Part shown: one piece after another, positions 33,038 through 41,538 of the stretch
How the letters are laid out: each line of letters starts with the position of its first letter
How positions within the stretch are numbered: the stretch's first letter is position 1
Origin: an uncultured Candidatus Saccharibacteria bacterium
Lineage (GTDB): Bacteria > Patescibacteriota > Minisyncoccia > GCA-002772825
Direction of reading: 5' to 3'
Length of the DNA: 41,540 nt
Assembly: GCA_964363045.1 (NCBI GenBank)
Contig: CAYIGM010000003.1
Span: forward strand, 1 to 41,540
Notes under the pieces: model-generated
Databases searched by the model: none
The model's input: only the letters and a program-made list of their open reading frames with translations
Told to the model about the DNA's origin: nothing
Made by a program: the position numbers and the translations under genes

Positions 33038-33080
33038 AATATTTTTTATTGTTAATATTATTAATAATAAATTGAAATCT

Positions 33081-33326
33081 TCACATTAAGCCGGAGAATT
33101 TTTGCGCGACCGCCATTTGCGCTTTTTTAACCGCTTTATTAAGGCAGTTTTTTAGCGCCGTTTCCTGCTCCTCTTGATTTAAATTCGGATTGAGTAAAAT
33201 CTCTTCCACCATAAACGCGCCGTTTATCACGACACGAATCCCCTCTTCTTCCGCCTCAATTTTTTCACTTTGAATGGCGCTGGAGATATCTTTCATTTGC
33301 TTTAATTGTTTTAATTTATCAAACAT
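33081..33326 (-). CDS. ybaB: YbaB/EbfC-family nucleoid-associated protein (short)
   Basis: 81 aa with a helix-rich N-terminus, IRVVINGAFMVEEILLNP, then LKNCLNKAVKKAQ. Confidence 0.65.
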   Translation of the reverse strand: MFDKLKQLKQMKDISSAIQSEKIEAEEEGIRVVINGAFMVEEILLNPNLNQEEQETALKNCLNKAVKKAQMAVAQKFSGLM

Positions 33327-33768
33327 GTTTTATTTTTTCTATCAATTCAAAAGGGTGTTCGTGGTAATAATTACCTTTAGCTACAAACTTTATTTTGTCT
33401 TGCAAACTTTTTGACATCGTTTCTTCCACCATTTTATGTAAATAATCCGGTGTGAAGAGATAGACTCCGGTTATATTCTCTTTCTCTTTTATCTCTTTAA
33501 GGTGTTTTTTTAACTCTTTTAAGAATTCTTGGCGATACTCTTCTTTCATAGATTCTTTAACCGAACCTGAAGAGGCTACTTTGCCACCATCGCCTGACCT
33601 ACCGAAGAACCCTTCATCATCTGAAAATTGAATTTTCTCAAGTTTAAATGAGTCAATCTTGTTAATCTCTCCGTCTGAAGCGATGTGAAAATCAACCTCT
33701 TGAGCGCCGGTTATTATGACAAGCGCTCTTTCTTCCGTAAATTGATGTAATTTTTTAGTAATTTTCAT
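33319..33768 (-). CDS. hypothetical protein
   Basis: 149-aa ORF overlapping ybaB by 8 nt. No family recognised with confidence. Confidence 0.5.
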   Translation of the reverse strand: MKITKKLHQFTEERALVIITGAQEVDFHIASDGEINKIDSFKLEKIQFSDDEGFFGRSGDGGKVASSGSVKESMKEEYRQEFLKELKKHLKEIKEKENITGVYLFTPDYLHKMVEETMSKSLQDKIKFVAKGNYYHEHPFELIEKIKHV

Positions 33769-33855
33769 ACCTCCATTATAGCACCAAAAGCTCGGGTGTA
33801 AAATAGCGGGCTTTATTCCCCGAGTGGACCCCTCCCCGAGGGGTCTTGGACAGCT

Positions 33856-33891
33856 AAACGGCTCAACCCACCACGGTGGGTTGAGCCGTTT
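33856..33891 (-). terminator. long GC-rich hairpin downstream of truB
   Basis: AAACGGCTCAACCCACC / GGTGGGTTGAGCCGTTT (about 15-17 bp). Further GC-rich hairpins lie at 33791-33848. Confidence 0.5.
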
Positions 33892-33910
33892 AAATTACTC
33901 GCCAGATTCT

Positions 33911-34690
33911 CTAGGAAAGTCTAATAGAATCTTTCGCCTCGTACTCCCCCACCCTTGTGCGCACAAGGGAGTAAAGGATGGCGCCACCGCCGAGTCTTTT
34001 GCCAAGTTCATGCGCTATAGAGCGGATATATGTTCCGCTTGATACGGAAAATTTTATTTTTGCTATTTGAAATTTTTCAGGGTTTTTATTTTTTAATATT
34101 TTCCCCCATTTATCTTTAATCTCATTTTGCCTAAAGTCCCCGAAGACTTTATCAATACGCCCTCGTATTATTTTATGGAGGTTCTTTGAATCAATATCAG
34201 AAGTTTTTATAAGTTTTATATCATATATTTCTGTCTTTCTGGCGGGTATTTCAATTTCGTTTAATTTTCCCTCTCTTGCCCAAACAAAAAGAGGTTTCCC
34301 TTTTATTTTGTATGAAGAGTAAGGAGGGAGCGGTAAAGAAATCTTTCCGTGGAATTTTTTAATCCCTTCTTTTATTTTATTGTTCGGTATTTTTAATTTA
34401 TATTTTTGGGCAGGTATGCCTAAAATGTCATAAGTGTCAGTTTCAATTCCGAATAGAATTTCTCCCTCATACTCTTTTTCAAGTTTTAAATATTCGTCTT
34501 TTTTATGCACCGCCTCCCCCGTCAGCGCTAGAAGCACCCCTTCTGCCATCGGGTCAAGCCTGCCGGCGTAAGTCATTTTCAGCCCTTTATAGGCCTCATT
34601 TTGCCCTAGAAAGCGATTTATGGCCTCAAGCGGTGAAAGACCCAGGGGTTTGTAAATATTTAAAATCTCACTTTTCATAATTAAAGTCAT
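33911..34690 (-). CDS. truB: tRNA pseudouridine(55) synthase
   Basis: YAGRLDPMAEGVLL catalytic Asp motif and GTYIRSIAHELG. Confidence 0.9.
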   Translation of the reverse strand: MTLIMKSEILNIYKPLGLSPLEAINRFLGQNEAYKGLKMTYAGRLDPMAEGVLLALTGEAVHKKDEYLKLEKEYEGEILFGIETDTYDILGIPAQKYKLKIPNNKIKEGIKKFHGKISLPLPPYSSYKIKGKPLFVWAREGKLNEIEIPARKTEIYDIKLIKTSDIDSKNLHKIIRGRIDKVFGDFRQNEIKDKWGKILKNKNPEKFQIAKIKFSVSSGTYIRSIAHELGKRLGGGAILYSLVRTRVGEYEAKDSIRLS

Positions 34691-34852
34691 TATCGCTTAT
34701 TTGTCAAAAGTTTTAAAGTTTTTATGACTTTACGATTTTTTTTATCTTTTTCTTGACTTTTTATGTAATGTCTATAAAATTATTTTAAATAAGTCGATAT
34801 ATAAAGCGGCTTAGAGTTGAAAGGTCGTTTTATTTAAAAAAAAGAAAATAGT

Positions 34853-35152
34853 ATGGCGTTTAAAAAATTTGATGATTCCCCAAGGAAGATGTTTCAGGGA
34901 AATTGGAAATGCGGAAAATGCGGAAAAAGCATTGATCAGCTTCCATTTAATCCTGACCCTTCAAGATTGGACCAGCTTACTTGCCGAGATTGCCACAGTT
35001 CCGGCAGAAAGGGCGATTTTTCTCCGCGCAAAATGGTTGAAGGCAATTGGACTTGCAGTCAGTGCGGCACTGATATAAGGTCGCTCCCCTTTGAGCCGAG
35101 AGAAGGCAATCCTGTTTCCTGCAAAGATTGTTGGTCTAAAAATAGAGGTTAA
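34853..35152 (+). CDS. tandem-duplicated CxxC...CxxC zinc-ribbon protein
   Basis: Two internal repeats: SPRKMFQGNWKCGKCGKSIDQLPFNPDP..LTCRDC and SPRKMVEGNWTCSQCGTDIRSLPFEPREGNPVSCKDC. Confidence 0.6.
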   Translation: MAFKKFDDSPRKMFQGNWKCGKCGKSIDQLPFNPDPSRLDQLTCRDCHSSGRKGDFSPRKMVEGNWTCSQCGTDIRSLPFEPREGNPVSCKDCWSKNRG

Positions 35153-35169
35153 ATTTTAATTTAATCACG

Positions 35170-35207
35170 CAAAACTCCTCCGCTCTTTAATGAATGGAGG
35201 AGTTTTG
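35170..35207 (+). terminator. terminator hairpin
   Basis: CAAAACTCCTCC / GGAGGAGTTTTG 12-bp stem. Confidence 0.7.
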
Positions 35208-35243
35208 TCTAGAAAATATCTATTGGAAAGTCAGAAGCTTAAA

Positions 35244-35252
35244 TGCTAAAAT
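35244..35252 (+). promoter_or_regulatory. extended -10 box TGcTAAAAT, 7 nt upstream of the ATG at 35260
   Basis: Read from the sequence. It supports the downstream start for the cyclophilin gene. Confidence 0.45.
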
Positions 35253-35259
35253 CAAAAGT

Positions 35260-35886
35260 ATGAAAAATTTAAAAATTTTATTATCAACAGCCGGCGTCAT
35301 TATCTTTATCGGATTGATTGGATTTTTTGTTTTTTTGAACAAGAAAGATAATAGCGGCTTAAATACGCCAATGAAAAAAATGAATAATCCAACCGTAGTG
35401 TTAAAGACAAATAAAGGTGATATTGAAATTGAACTTTTTATGGATAAGATGCCGATAACCGCCGGCAATTTCCTGAAGCTCTCAAAAGAAGGATTTTATA
35501 ATGGAACAAAATTCCACCGGGTTATAAACGGCTTTATGATTCAGGGTGGCGACCCGAATTCTCGCGGTGAAGACACATCGCTTTATGGAACCGGCGGACC
35601 CGGCTATGTGATAGCCGATGAATTTGTTGCCGGTCTTTCAAATGCGCGGGGAACGATTGCCATGGCCAATAGCGGACCAAATTCGGGCGGCAGTCAGTTT
35701 TTTATCAATCTTGTTGATAACACCGGTCTTGACTTTGACAAACCTCCTTTTACCAGCAAACATCCCGTATTCGGAAAAGTTATAACCGGAATGGGCGTGG
35801 TTGATATGATTGCCAAGGAAGATATCGGCTATAAAGATATCCCCGTCAATCCGATTATCATAGAGGAAGTTCTCGTGAACGAATAA
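35260..35886 (+). CDS. cyclophilin-type peptidyl-prolyl cis-trans isomerase with an N-terminal membrane anchor
   Basis: FHRVINGFMIQGGDP, GTIAMANSGPNSGGSQFFI. The track's start at 35194 lies inside the upstream terminator hairpin, so I moved the start to the Met at 35260. Confidence 0.88.
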   Translation: MKNLKILLSTAGVIIFIGLIGFFVFLNKKDNSGLNTPMKKMNNPTVVLKTNKGDIEIELFMDKMPITAGNFLKLSKEGFYNGTKFHRVINGFMIQGGDPNSRGEDTSLYGTGGPGYVIADEFVAGLSNARGTIAMANSGPNSGGSQFFINLVDNTGLDFDKPPFTSKHPVFGKVITGMGVVDMIAKEDIGYKDIPVNPIIIEEVLVNE

Positions 35887-35916
35887 AATGAATAAATAGG
35901 ATATTGCGCAAAAATA

Positions 35917-35943
35917 AAAGCACCCGATGATTTGGGTGCTTTT
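35917..35943. terminator. bidirectional terminator
   Basis: AAAAGCACCC gatgattt GGGTGCTTTT between convergent genes. Confidence 0.75.
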
Positions 35944-35956
35944 GTGTTGAAGCGCT

Positions 35957-36208
35957 TTATAGTCCGGCGCGCCTGATCCTCTCTGTAAGGTCAGGCGGGT
36001 GCTGGTCATTGAAGTGTCTCTCCAGCGCTTCGTTATCTCCTTTTTCAAAAACAAAGGGACAAAAATTATTAGGGCATTCCCCTTTTGTTTTTTGTTTAAA
36101 TGAACTACTGTTGTTCTTTATTGCGTTTATCATCGGCGTCTCCCCCGCCTTTTTTCCTCCTTTCTCATTTTTTTTCCCCAGCACTCTTTTCAATAAATCC
36201 TTAATCAT
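35957..36208 (-). CDS. small basic protein with a C2H2-like zinc-finger motif
   Basis: CPNNFCPFVFEKGDNEALERHFNDQH (C-x4-C-x14-H-x4-H). The start is preceded by GGAGGAGG. Confidence 0.5.
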   Translation of the reverse strand: MIKDLLKRVLGKKNEKGGKKAGETPMINAIKNNSSSFKQKTKGECPNNFCPFVFEKGDNEALERHFNDQHPPDLTERIRRAGL

Positions 36209-36314
36209 ACCTCCTCCTTTTTTGGCGCAATATTTCCTTTATTTATATAAGATAACTCATATTTAAAATTATGTCAAATTTTTATAATTTTCCGAATTCG
36301 TATATAATTCAATT

Positions 36315-37142
36315 ATGGAGATATTAAAATCATCTGGCGAAAAAGAAGCTTTTAGCAAAAGCAAATTTTGTCTTTCTTTGAAAAAAGCCGGCGCGCCGGA
36401 AAATCTTGTGGAGGAAGTCTGCTCTAAAATCGGCAAAGAATTGAAGCCGGGTATGTCCACCACTCAAATATTCAGAAAAGCTTCGCAATATCTTATGAAA
36501 GATGATTTTATTGTTGCCACCAATTACAGTCTCAAGCGAGGAATTGCCGAGCTTGGTCCGGCCGGATTTAATTTTGAAAAGTTTTTGAGCGTGGTTTTAA
36601 GCTCTTTGGGCTATGAAGTGAGATTGAATCAAATAATGAGAGGCCGTTGTGTCACTCATGAAGTTGATATTGTCGCTTATAAAGACAATGAACATTTCCT
36701 TGTTGAAGCTAAATATCACAACAGCTCCGGCCTTAAGACTCATATAGATGTGGCAATGTATGCTGACGCGCGTCTTGCCGATATAGCTTTTATTGAGGAG
36801 AGAAAAGAGTCTTCGCACAATAATCATAAAATGTGGCTTATAACCAATACTAAATTTACAAAGACAGCTGAAAAGTATGGATGTTGTCGAGGATTGAAAT
36901 TGACGAGCTGGAGGTCGCCTGCCAAAGAAAATCTTAAAGATATCATTATGAAAAATAAGCTCTACCCTATTACCGTGCTTCCTTCCGTCAATAAATTCGC
37001 GCAAGAAGAATTTGTCAGGCAAAATATGATGCTGGCGCGCGACCTTGCTCCTTATTCTGCTCCGGACCTTGTTAAATTATTTAAGATTGAGAGGCAAAGA
37101 GCTGAAAAAATAATAAATGAAGTTCAGGTATTAATTTATTAA
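36315..37142 (+). CDS. ATP-cone domain fused to a restriction-endonuclease-like (Mrr-type PD-(D/E)XK) domain
   Basis: The N-terminal EILKSSGEKEAFSKSKFCLSLKKAG..VEEV pattern is typical of an ATP-cone. The nuclease core is FEKFLSVVLSSLGY...HEVDIVAYKDNEHFLVEAKYH. Confidence 0.65.
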   Translation: MEILKSSGEKEAFSKSKFCLSLKKAGAPENLVEEVCSKIGKELKPGMSTTQIFRKASQYLMKDDFIVATNYSLKRGIAELGPAGFNFEKFLSVVLSSLGYEVRLNQIMRGRCVTHEVDIVAYKDNEHFLVEAKYHNSSGLKTHIDVAMYADARLADIAFIEERKESSHNNHKMWLITNTKFTKTAEKYGCCRGLKLTSWRSPAKENLKDIIMKNKLYPITVLPSVNKFAQEEFVRQNMMLARDLAPYSAPDLVKLFKIERQRAEKIINEVQVLIY

Positions 37143-37187
37143 AAAAAAGGAGCGTTTTCGCGCCCCTTTTCGTTCTTTAATCTTTAA

Positions 37188-37583
37188 TTATTTATTTGTT
37201 TTCATTACCCATTCTTCATTGGTGAACGTGATTTTTCCGTGACCTTCCCATATCCCAGCAATGTCTGTCTTCGGGTTATCAAGGCATTCTCTCTTTAAAC
37301 ACCCAACCAGCTGAAGGAAAGGATATCTTCTGTATACGACCGCGTGTTTGGGCGGTATAAAGTCCTTGCTTATAGGCGTATAAAGAGTAATTCTATCGCC
37401 GAAAAGAATCTGCCCGCCACACCAGGCGCATTTTATAGTCATCTTTCTCATGCAGTCCGGACAATATTTTACTTTTGTTTCTTCTAAAAAAGAAGTTATT
37501 CTTGCTTCTCCCAGTAGCTGGAATCTATAACCTGGATTTTTTATGAATACATCATGCCCGCATTTGGCTGTAATCATCTTCAT
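37188..37583 (-). CDS. Cys-rich hypothetical protein
   Basis: 131-aa ORF with AGGAGG upstream and CPDC...CAWCG pairs. Confidence 0.5.
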   Translation of the reverse strand: MKMITAKCGHDVFIKNPGYRFQLLGEARITSFLEETKVKYCPDCMRKMTIKCAWCGGQILFGDRITLYTPISKDFIPPKHAVVYRRYPFLQLVGCLKRECLDNPKTDIAGIWEGHGKITFTNEEWVMKTNK

Positions 37584-37657
37584 AACACTCCTCCTTTTTA
37601 TGAGCTATTTTACCTATCCATCTTAATTTATACTATTAAATATAAATTAAATCAAGA

Positions 37658-39421
37658 TTATTTTTGGTGGAGAATTTTCTTTCTTAAGCGGACGCTTTGG
37701 GGGGTAATTTCAAGATATTCATCTTTTCCCATAATTTCCAGGCCGTTTTCTATAGTAAGAAGCTGAGGTGGCACAAGTTTTATCGCGTCATCGGATCCGG
37801 AAGCGCGCATATTGGTAAGTTGCTTGCCTTTAGTCGGGTTTACCGTCATTTGTTCCCCTTTGGAGGTGTTGCCTATTACCATCCCTTCATACACTTCGGT
37901 ATTTTCTTTAATATACAAGACGCCTCGAGTTTGAAGATTATCAAGGGCGTAAGCCAATGTCTTACCCGCCACTTGAGATATCATTGAACCGGCTTCGTGG
38001 CGCGCAATCTCTCCGGCATATGGTTTGTAGCCGATGTTGCGGCTTGCCATTATCCCTTCGCCTTTCGTGTCTATGACAAATTTGTTGCGATAGCCGAAAA
38101 GCCCGCGGCTCGGTCCTTCAAATAAAAGAAGGACTCTGTTATCGTGAAGTTCCATATTTTTAAGAATAGCCCCTCTTTTGCTTAATTTTTCAATGATTGA
38201 ACCTTGGCAATCACTCGGAACATCTATAACTATCTCCTCAAATGGTTCATGTAACTTGCCGTCTATCTCTTTTGTAATAACTTGTGGTTGTGATACTTGA
38301 AGTTCGTAACCTTCTCGGCGCATATTTTCAAGCAGAATGGCGATATGAAGTTCTCCTCGGCCATAGACTGTAAATTGGTCGCCACTGGCCGAATCAAAAT
38401 TTACTTTAAGCCCGACATTCACTTCAAGTTCTTTTTCAAGTCTTTCTCGTATCTGGCGGCTAGTGACAAATTTTCCTTCTCTTCCGGCAAATGGCGAATT
38501 ATTGATGAGAAAATTAAGTTCAATAGTCGGTTCATCCACGGCGATAGTTTCAAGAAGAGGCGCTTCTGGCGCGCCTGCTATGGTGTCGCCGATATAGACA
38601 TCCGGTATGCCGGCTATCATTGCGATATTGCCGGCTTCTACTGTATTTGTTTCGGTTCGGGAGATTCCTTCAAAAGCGAATAATTTGGTTATTTTATATT
38701 TTTTTGTTTCGCCTGATTGTTTTTTGATATATACCGTATCGCCGGCGCTTATCCTCCCGCTGTAGACCCGCACCACTGCGATACGTCCTAGAAAATTATC
38801 ATAAGCCAGATTGAATGGCTGAGCAAGGAAGATTGTGTTTAAATCGCCTGAAGCGGCCGGCACTTTTTCCAGTATCATATCCAGAAGCGGCGTTAAATCT
38901 TTTGATTCGTCGGTTAATTCTTTTTTGGCCACCCCCTCTCGGCCTATCGCGTAAATAACCGGAAAATCAAGCTGTTCATTTGTGGCGCCAAGTTCGGCAA
39001 AAAGCTCAAAGACTTGGTCGTGGACACGGGCCGGGTTGGCCGCCGGTTTGTCAATTTTATTTATAACTAGAATCGGCTTAAGTCCGAGAGCGAGTGATTT
39101 CTTCAGCACGAAGCGGGTTTGCGGCATCGGGCCTTCCTGCGCGTCAACTATAAGAAGCACGGAATCAATAGAACGAAGCACCCGTTCCACTTCTGACCCG
39201 AAATCGGCGTGGCCGGGCGTGTCTATAATATTTATTTTGGTATTTTTGTAAGAGACTGCCGCGTTCTTGGAATAGATGGTGATACCGCGTTCTTTTTCCA
39301 AGGCGTTGCTGTCCATGCTTACACCGGTATCCACCGCACCCGTCTGGCGCAGTATGGCATCGGTAAGCGTTGTCTTGCCGTGGTCAACATGGGCTATAAT
39401 TGCGATATTGCGGATTTCCAT
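37658..39421 (-). CDS. typA: translational GTPase TypA/BipA
   Basis: NIAIIAHVDHGKTTL, DTPGHADF, NKID, and the domain order of the EF-G family without domain IV. 587 aa. Confidence 0.93.
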   Translation of the reverse strand: MEIRNIAIIAHVDHGKTTLTDAILRQTGAVDTGVSMDSNALEKERGITIYSKNAAVSYKNTKINIIDTPGHADFGSEVERVLRSIDSVLLIVDAQEGPMPQTRFVLKKSLALGLKPILVINKIDKPAANPARVHDQVFELFAELGATNEQLDFPVIYAIGREGVAKKELTDESKDLTPLLDMILEKVPAASGDLNTIFLAQPFNLAYDNFLGRIAVVRVYSGRISAGDTVYIKKQSGETKKYKITKLFAFEGISRTETNTVEAGNIAMIAGIPDVYIGDTIAGAPEAPLLETIAVDEPTIELNFLINNSPFAGREGKFVTSRQIRERLEKELEVNVGLKVNFDSASGDQFTVYGRGELHIAILLENMRREGYELQVSQPQVITKEIDGKLHEPFEEIVIDVPSDCQGSIIEKLSKRGAILKNMELHDNRVLLLFEGPSRGLFGYRNKFVIDTKGEGIMASRNIGYKPYAGEIARHEAGSMISQVAGKTLAYALDNLQTRGVLYIKENTEVYEGMVIGNTSKGEQMTVNPTKGKQLTNMRASGSDDAIKLVPPQLLTIENGLEIMGKDEYLEITPQSVRLRKKILHQK

Positions 39422-39525
39422 TTTGGGTTTGGTTAAAATTATTATATTTAAAAAAATCTCCGGTAAGAGATTTTTTGATAATATTATGATACCATAAGAT
39501 TATTAAAAAGTATAGTTTTATAAAT

Positions 39526-39559
39526 AAAAACCCCGTCGCTTGAAAGCGACGGGGTTTTT
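39526..39559. terminator. rho-independent terminator downstream of csp
   Basis: AAAAACCCCGTCGC ttgaaa GCGACGGGGTTTTT. Confidence 0.8.
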
Positions 39560-39568
39560 ATTTTAAGA

Positions 39569-39769
39569 TTACACTCTGTTAACATCAACGGCATTAAGTC
39601 CTTTTGGACCCTCTGCTACGTCAAATGTAACTTTGTCACCTTCGCGAAGCTCATCGAACTGTACGTTCTTTAGCTCATTAGAGTGGAAGAAGATATCCTT
39701 CTCTCCCCCTTCTTGAGCGATGAAGCCGAAACCGCGATCGGTTAGACGAGCGATTGTTCCTTGTTTCAT
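39569..39769 (-). CDS. cspA: cold-shock protein (CspA family)
   Basis: GFGFI (RNP1) and IFFHS (RNP2-like), 66 aa. Confidence 0.92.
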   Translation of the reverse strand: MKQGTIARLTDRGFGFIAQEGGEKDIFFHSNELKNVQFDELREGDKVTFDVAEGPKGLNAVDVNRV

Positions 39770-40149
39770 ATTCGTAAGAAAAAACTAATAAATAATGTTC
39801 AAACGCAGACTACTGTACGATAAAAACCCGACTTCGTTCCTACTACAGACCTGATTTGATATTTCTATTGAAGCATAATACGATTAAAAAGTCAAATCAA
39901 CCGCAATGATTCGGTAAAACAAGTGTCCGCCGAACGATTGGAAGGTTTTTGTTTGGAAAATTTAGAGCGCATTTCAGTTGATAAAAATTATGTTAATAAC
40001 CTCGTTTTTCGGCTCAATAACGACAATCAAACACCCCTCCGCGTCTTGCCCGCTCGCGTGAAAAAAATTGTTAGCGAAAAAATAAAAAAGGGATACCACC
40101 ATTTCTGATGATACCCCTCTTTTGGGATCATAGGCACTGCTCTGTTCGG

Positions 40150-41538
40150 CTACTCTTTCTCCTTTCTGTTGAGGTTGAGTTTTTGCTTCCATTTTTCCGC
40201 GACCGCTTTCGCTTTCTTGGCGGCGATGCCAGTGTAGAGAGACGGGTTCGAGAGAATCTGCCGTTGGTACGGAGTCATCTTTTCGAGATAGTCTTTCATC
40301 TCTGCATCGCCGGCAACGATTTCTTCGAGCGGTCGCGCCTCGCGTTGGGCTTGAAGCGTAAGCGTCCGCACCTTCTCATGCGCGTCGGGATGTCCCTGCG
40401 CGGCGAGAATGATGTAGAGTGGCTCGGCGACCACCAAGCCCTTCTGCATGGCGAGGTTGCGCTCCAAGTTGGCGCGGTCAACAGTGAGCTTCTTCATCGT
40501 GCGCGTCAGTCGCTTCGCGGTCGAAACCACATAAACGATAACCTCGCCGTAAGTCCGCGCGGATGCGGAGTTGGTAGGGTCACGTTGATGTTCGCTGATT
40601 TGGTCCATGAAAACCGTTACGATTCGCGGTGCGACGATTTTCCAACAGCTCTTGGCATTCTCGAAGTTGATGGGGTTGCGTTTTTGCGGCATGGTCGAGG
40701 AACCGACTTGCGCCACTTCAAACTCTTCGCCTACTTCTCCGATTTCCGTCCGTTGGAGATTCCGCATGTCGTCAGACAGATTGGCGAGGATGCCCGCTAC
40801 AATCGTGACTTCGCAGAAGAGACGGGTCAACGCCTCTGGCGGAACGATTTGCGTCGAGTGCTCGGCTGATGTGAGCCCCAACTCTGCAAGCACTTCCGCC
40901 TCGAAACCCTCTGGGTCATCGAAGAACAGCGAGGAAGCGTTATACGCTCCGACTGCCCCCGAAAACTTTCCGGGAAGTTCCGTGGCGAGAGACTTCAACG
41001 CTTCGATGGAACCGCCGAAACGACTGATGTATCCGGCGAGTGCGAAACCGAACGTGATAGGAACTGCATGCTGACCGTGTGTCCTGCCGACTTGCACCGT
41101 CTCCGCTTCGCGGAGCGTAGTGGTAATGAGCACTCCCTCCAATTTCACGAGCGAAGGAACGAGTACCCGTTGAACCACGTCCTTGTAGCGAGCGGCGTTC
41201 GCCGGATCAATGATGTCATACGAAGTCGCCGTCATGTGGACGTACGGCTTCGCGCTCTCACTGACTTTGGCGCGTACGCAATTCACGAGCGCGCGGATGT
41301 CGTGCCGAATCCGGTCTTCTTCCTCGTACACTTCTTCGGTCGTTACTTGACCGCAAGCCGTCTCAACTTCTTTGACGACAACTTCGGGACAAATCCCGCG
41401 GCGGTGGAGTACCTTCACGAGCGCAAGCTCCACGAGGAGCTTGTAACGGGTAAACCCGTTCTCGGAAAGATACTTCGCCACTTCGTCATCCCAGTACCGG
41501 TAGTCAACCGGCGAGAGACTGTCGAACTGGTCGCGTGT
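40150..41538 (-). CDS. purB: adenylosuccinate lyase-like (fumarate lyase superfamily), 5'-partial at the window edge
   Basis: The frame is open to the window end (..SPVDYRYWDDEVAKYL..). GSSTMPQKRNP signature loop and TATSYD. The track's GTG at 41481 is internal. Confidence 0.85.
   Translation of the reverse strand, partial: TRDQFDSLSPVDYRYWDDEVAKYLSENGFTRYKLLVELALVKVLHRRGICPEVVVKEVETACGQVTTEEVYEEEDRIRHDIRALVNCVRAKVSESAKPYVHMTATSYDIIDPANAARYKDVVQRVLVPSLVKLEGVLITTTLREAETVQVGRTHGQHAVPITFGFALAGYISRFGGSIEALKSLATELPGKFSGAVGAYNASSLFFDDPEGFEAEVLAELGLTSAEHSTQIVPPEALTRLFCEVTIVAGILANLSDDMRNLQRTEIGEVGEEFEVAQVGSSTMPQKRNPINFENAKSCWKIVAPRIVTVFMDQISEHQRDPTNSASARTYGEVIVYVVSTAKRLTRTMKKLTVDRANLERNLAMQKGLVVAEPLYIILAAQGHPDAHEKVRTLTLQAQREARPLEEIVAGDAEMKDYLEKMTPYQRQILSNPSLYTGIAAKKAKAVAEKWKQKLNLNRKEKE

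Noticed and set aside
35194-35259. The ORF-track start of the cyclophilin gene at 35194.
   Set aside because: That ATG lies inside the terminator hairpin of the preceding gene. A TGcTAAAAT box precedes the Met at 35260, which begins the membrane anchor.
39923-40108. The 61-aa ORF as a serine-recombinase C-terminal remnant.
   Set aside because: The resemblance (…AERLE.F.LENL…) is from memory only and is too short to support a feature call. I kept it only as a note under the GC-boundary finding.
40108-41074. Long ORFs on the + strand (40108-40869, 40607-41074) and the ORF at 40296-40481(-) in the GC-rich end.
   Set aside because: They are antisense or out of frame to a clearly recognisable adenylosuccinate-lyase reading frame. 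They are artefacts of high GC content.
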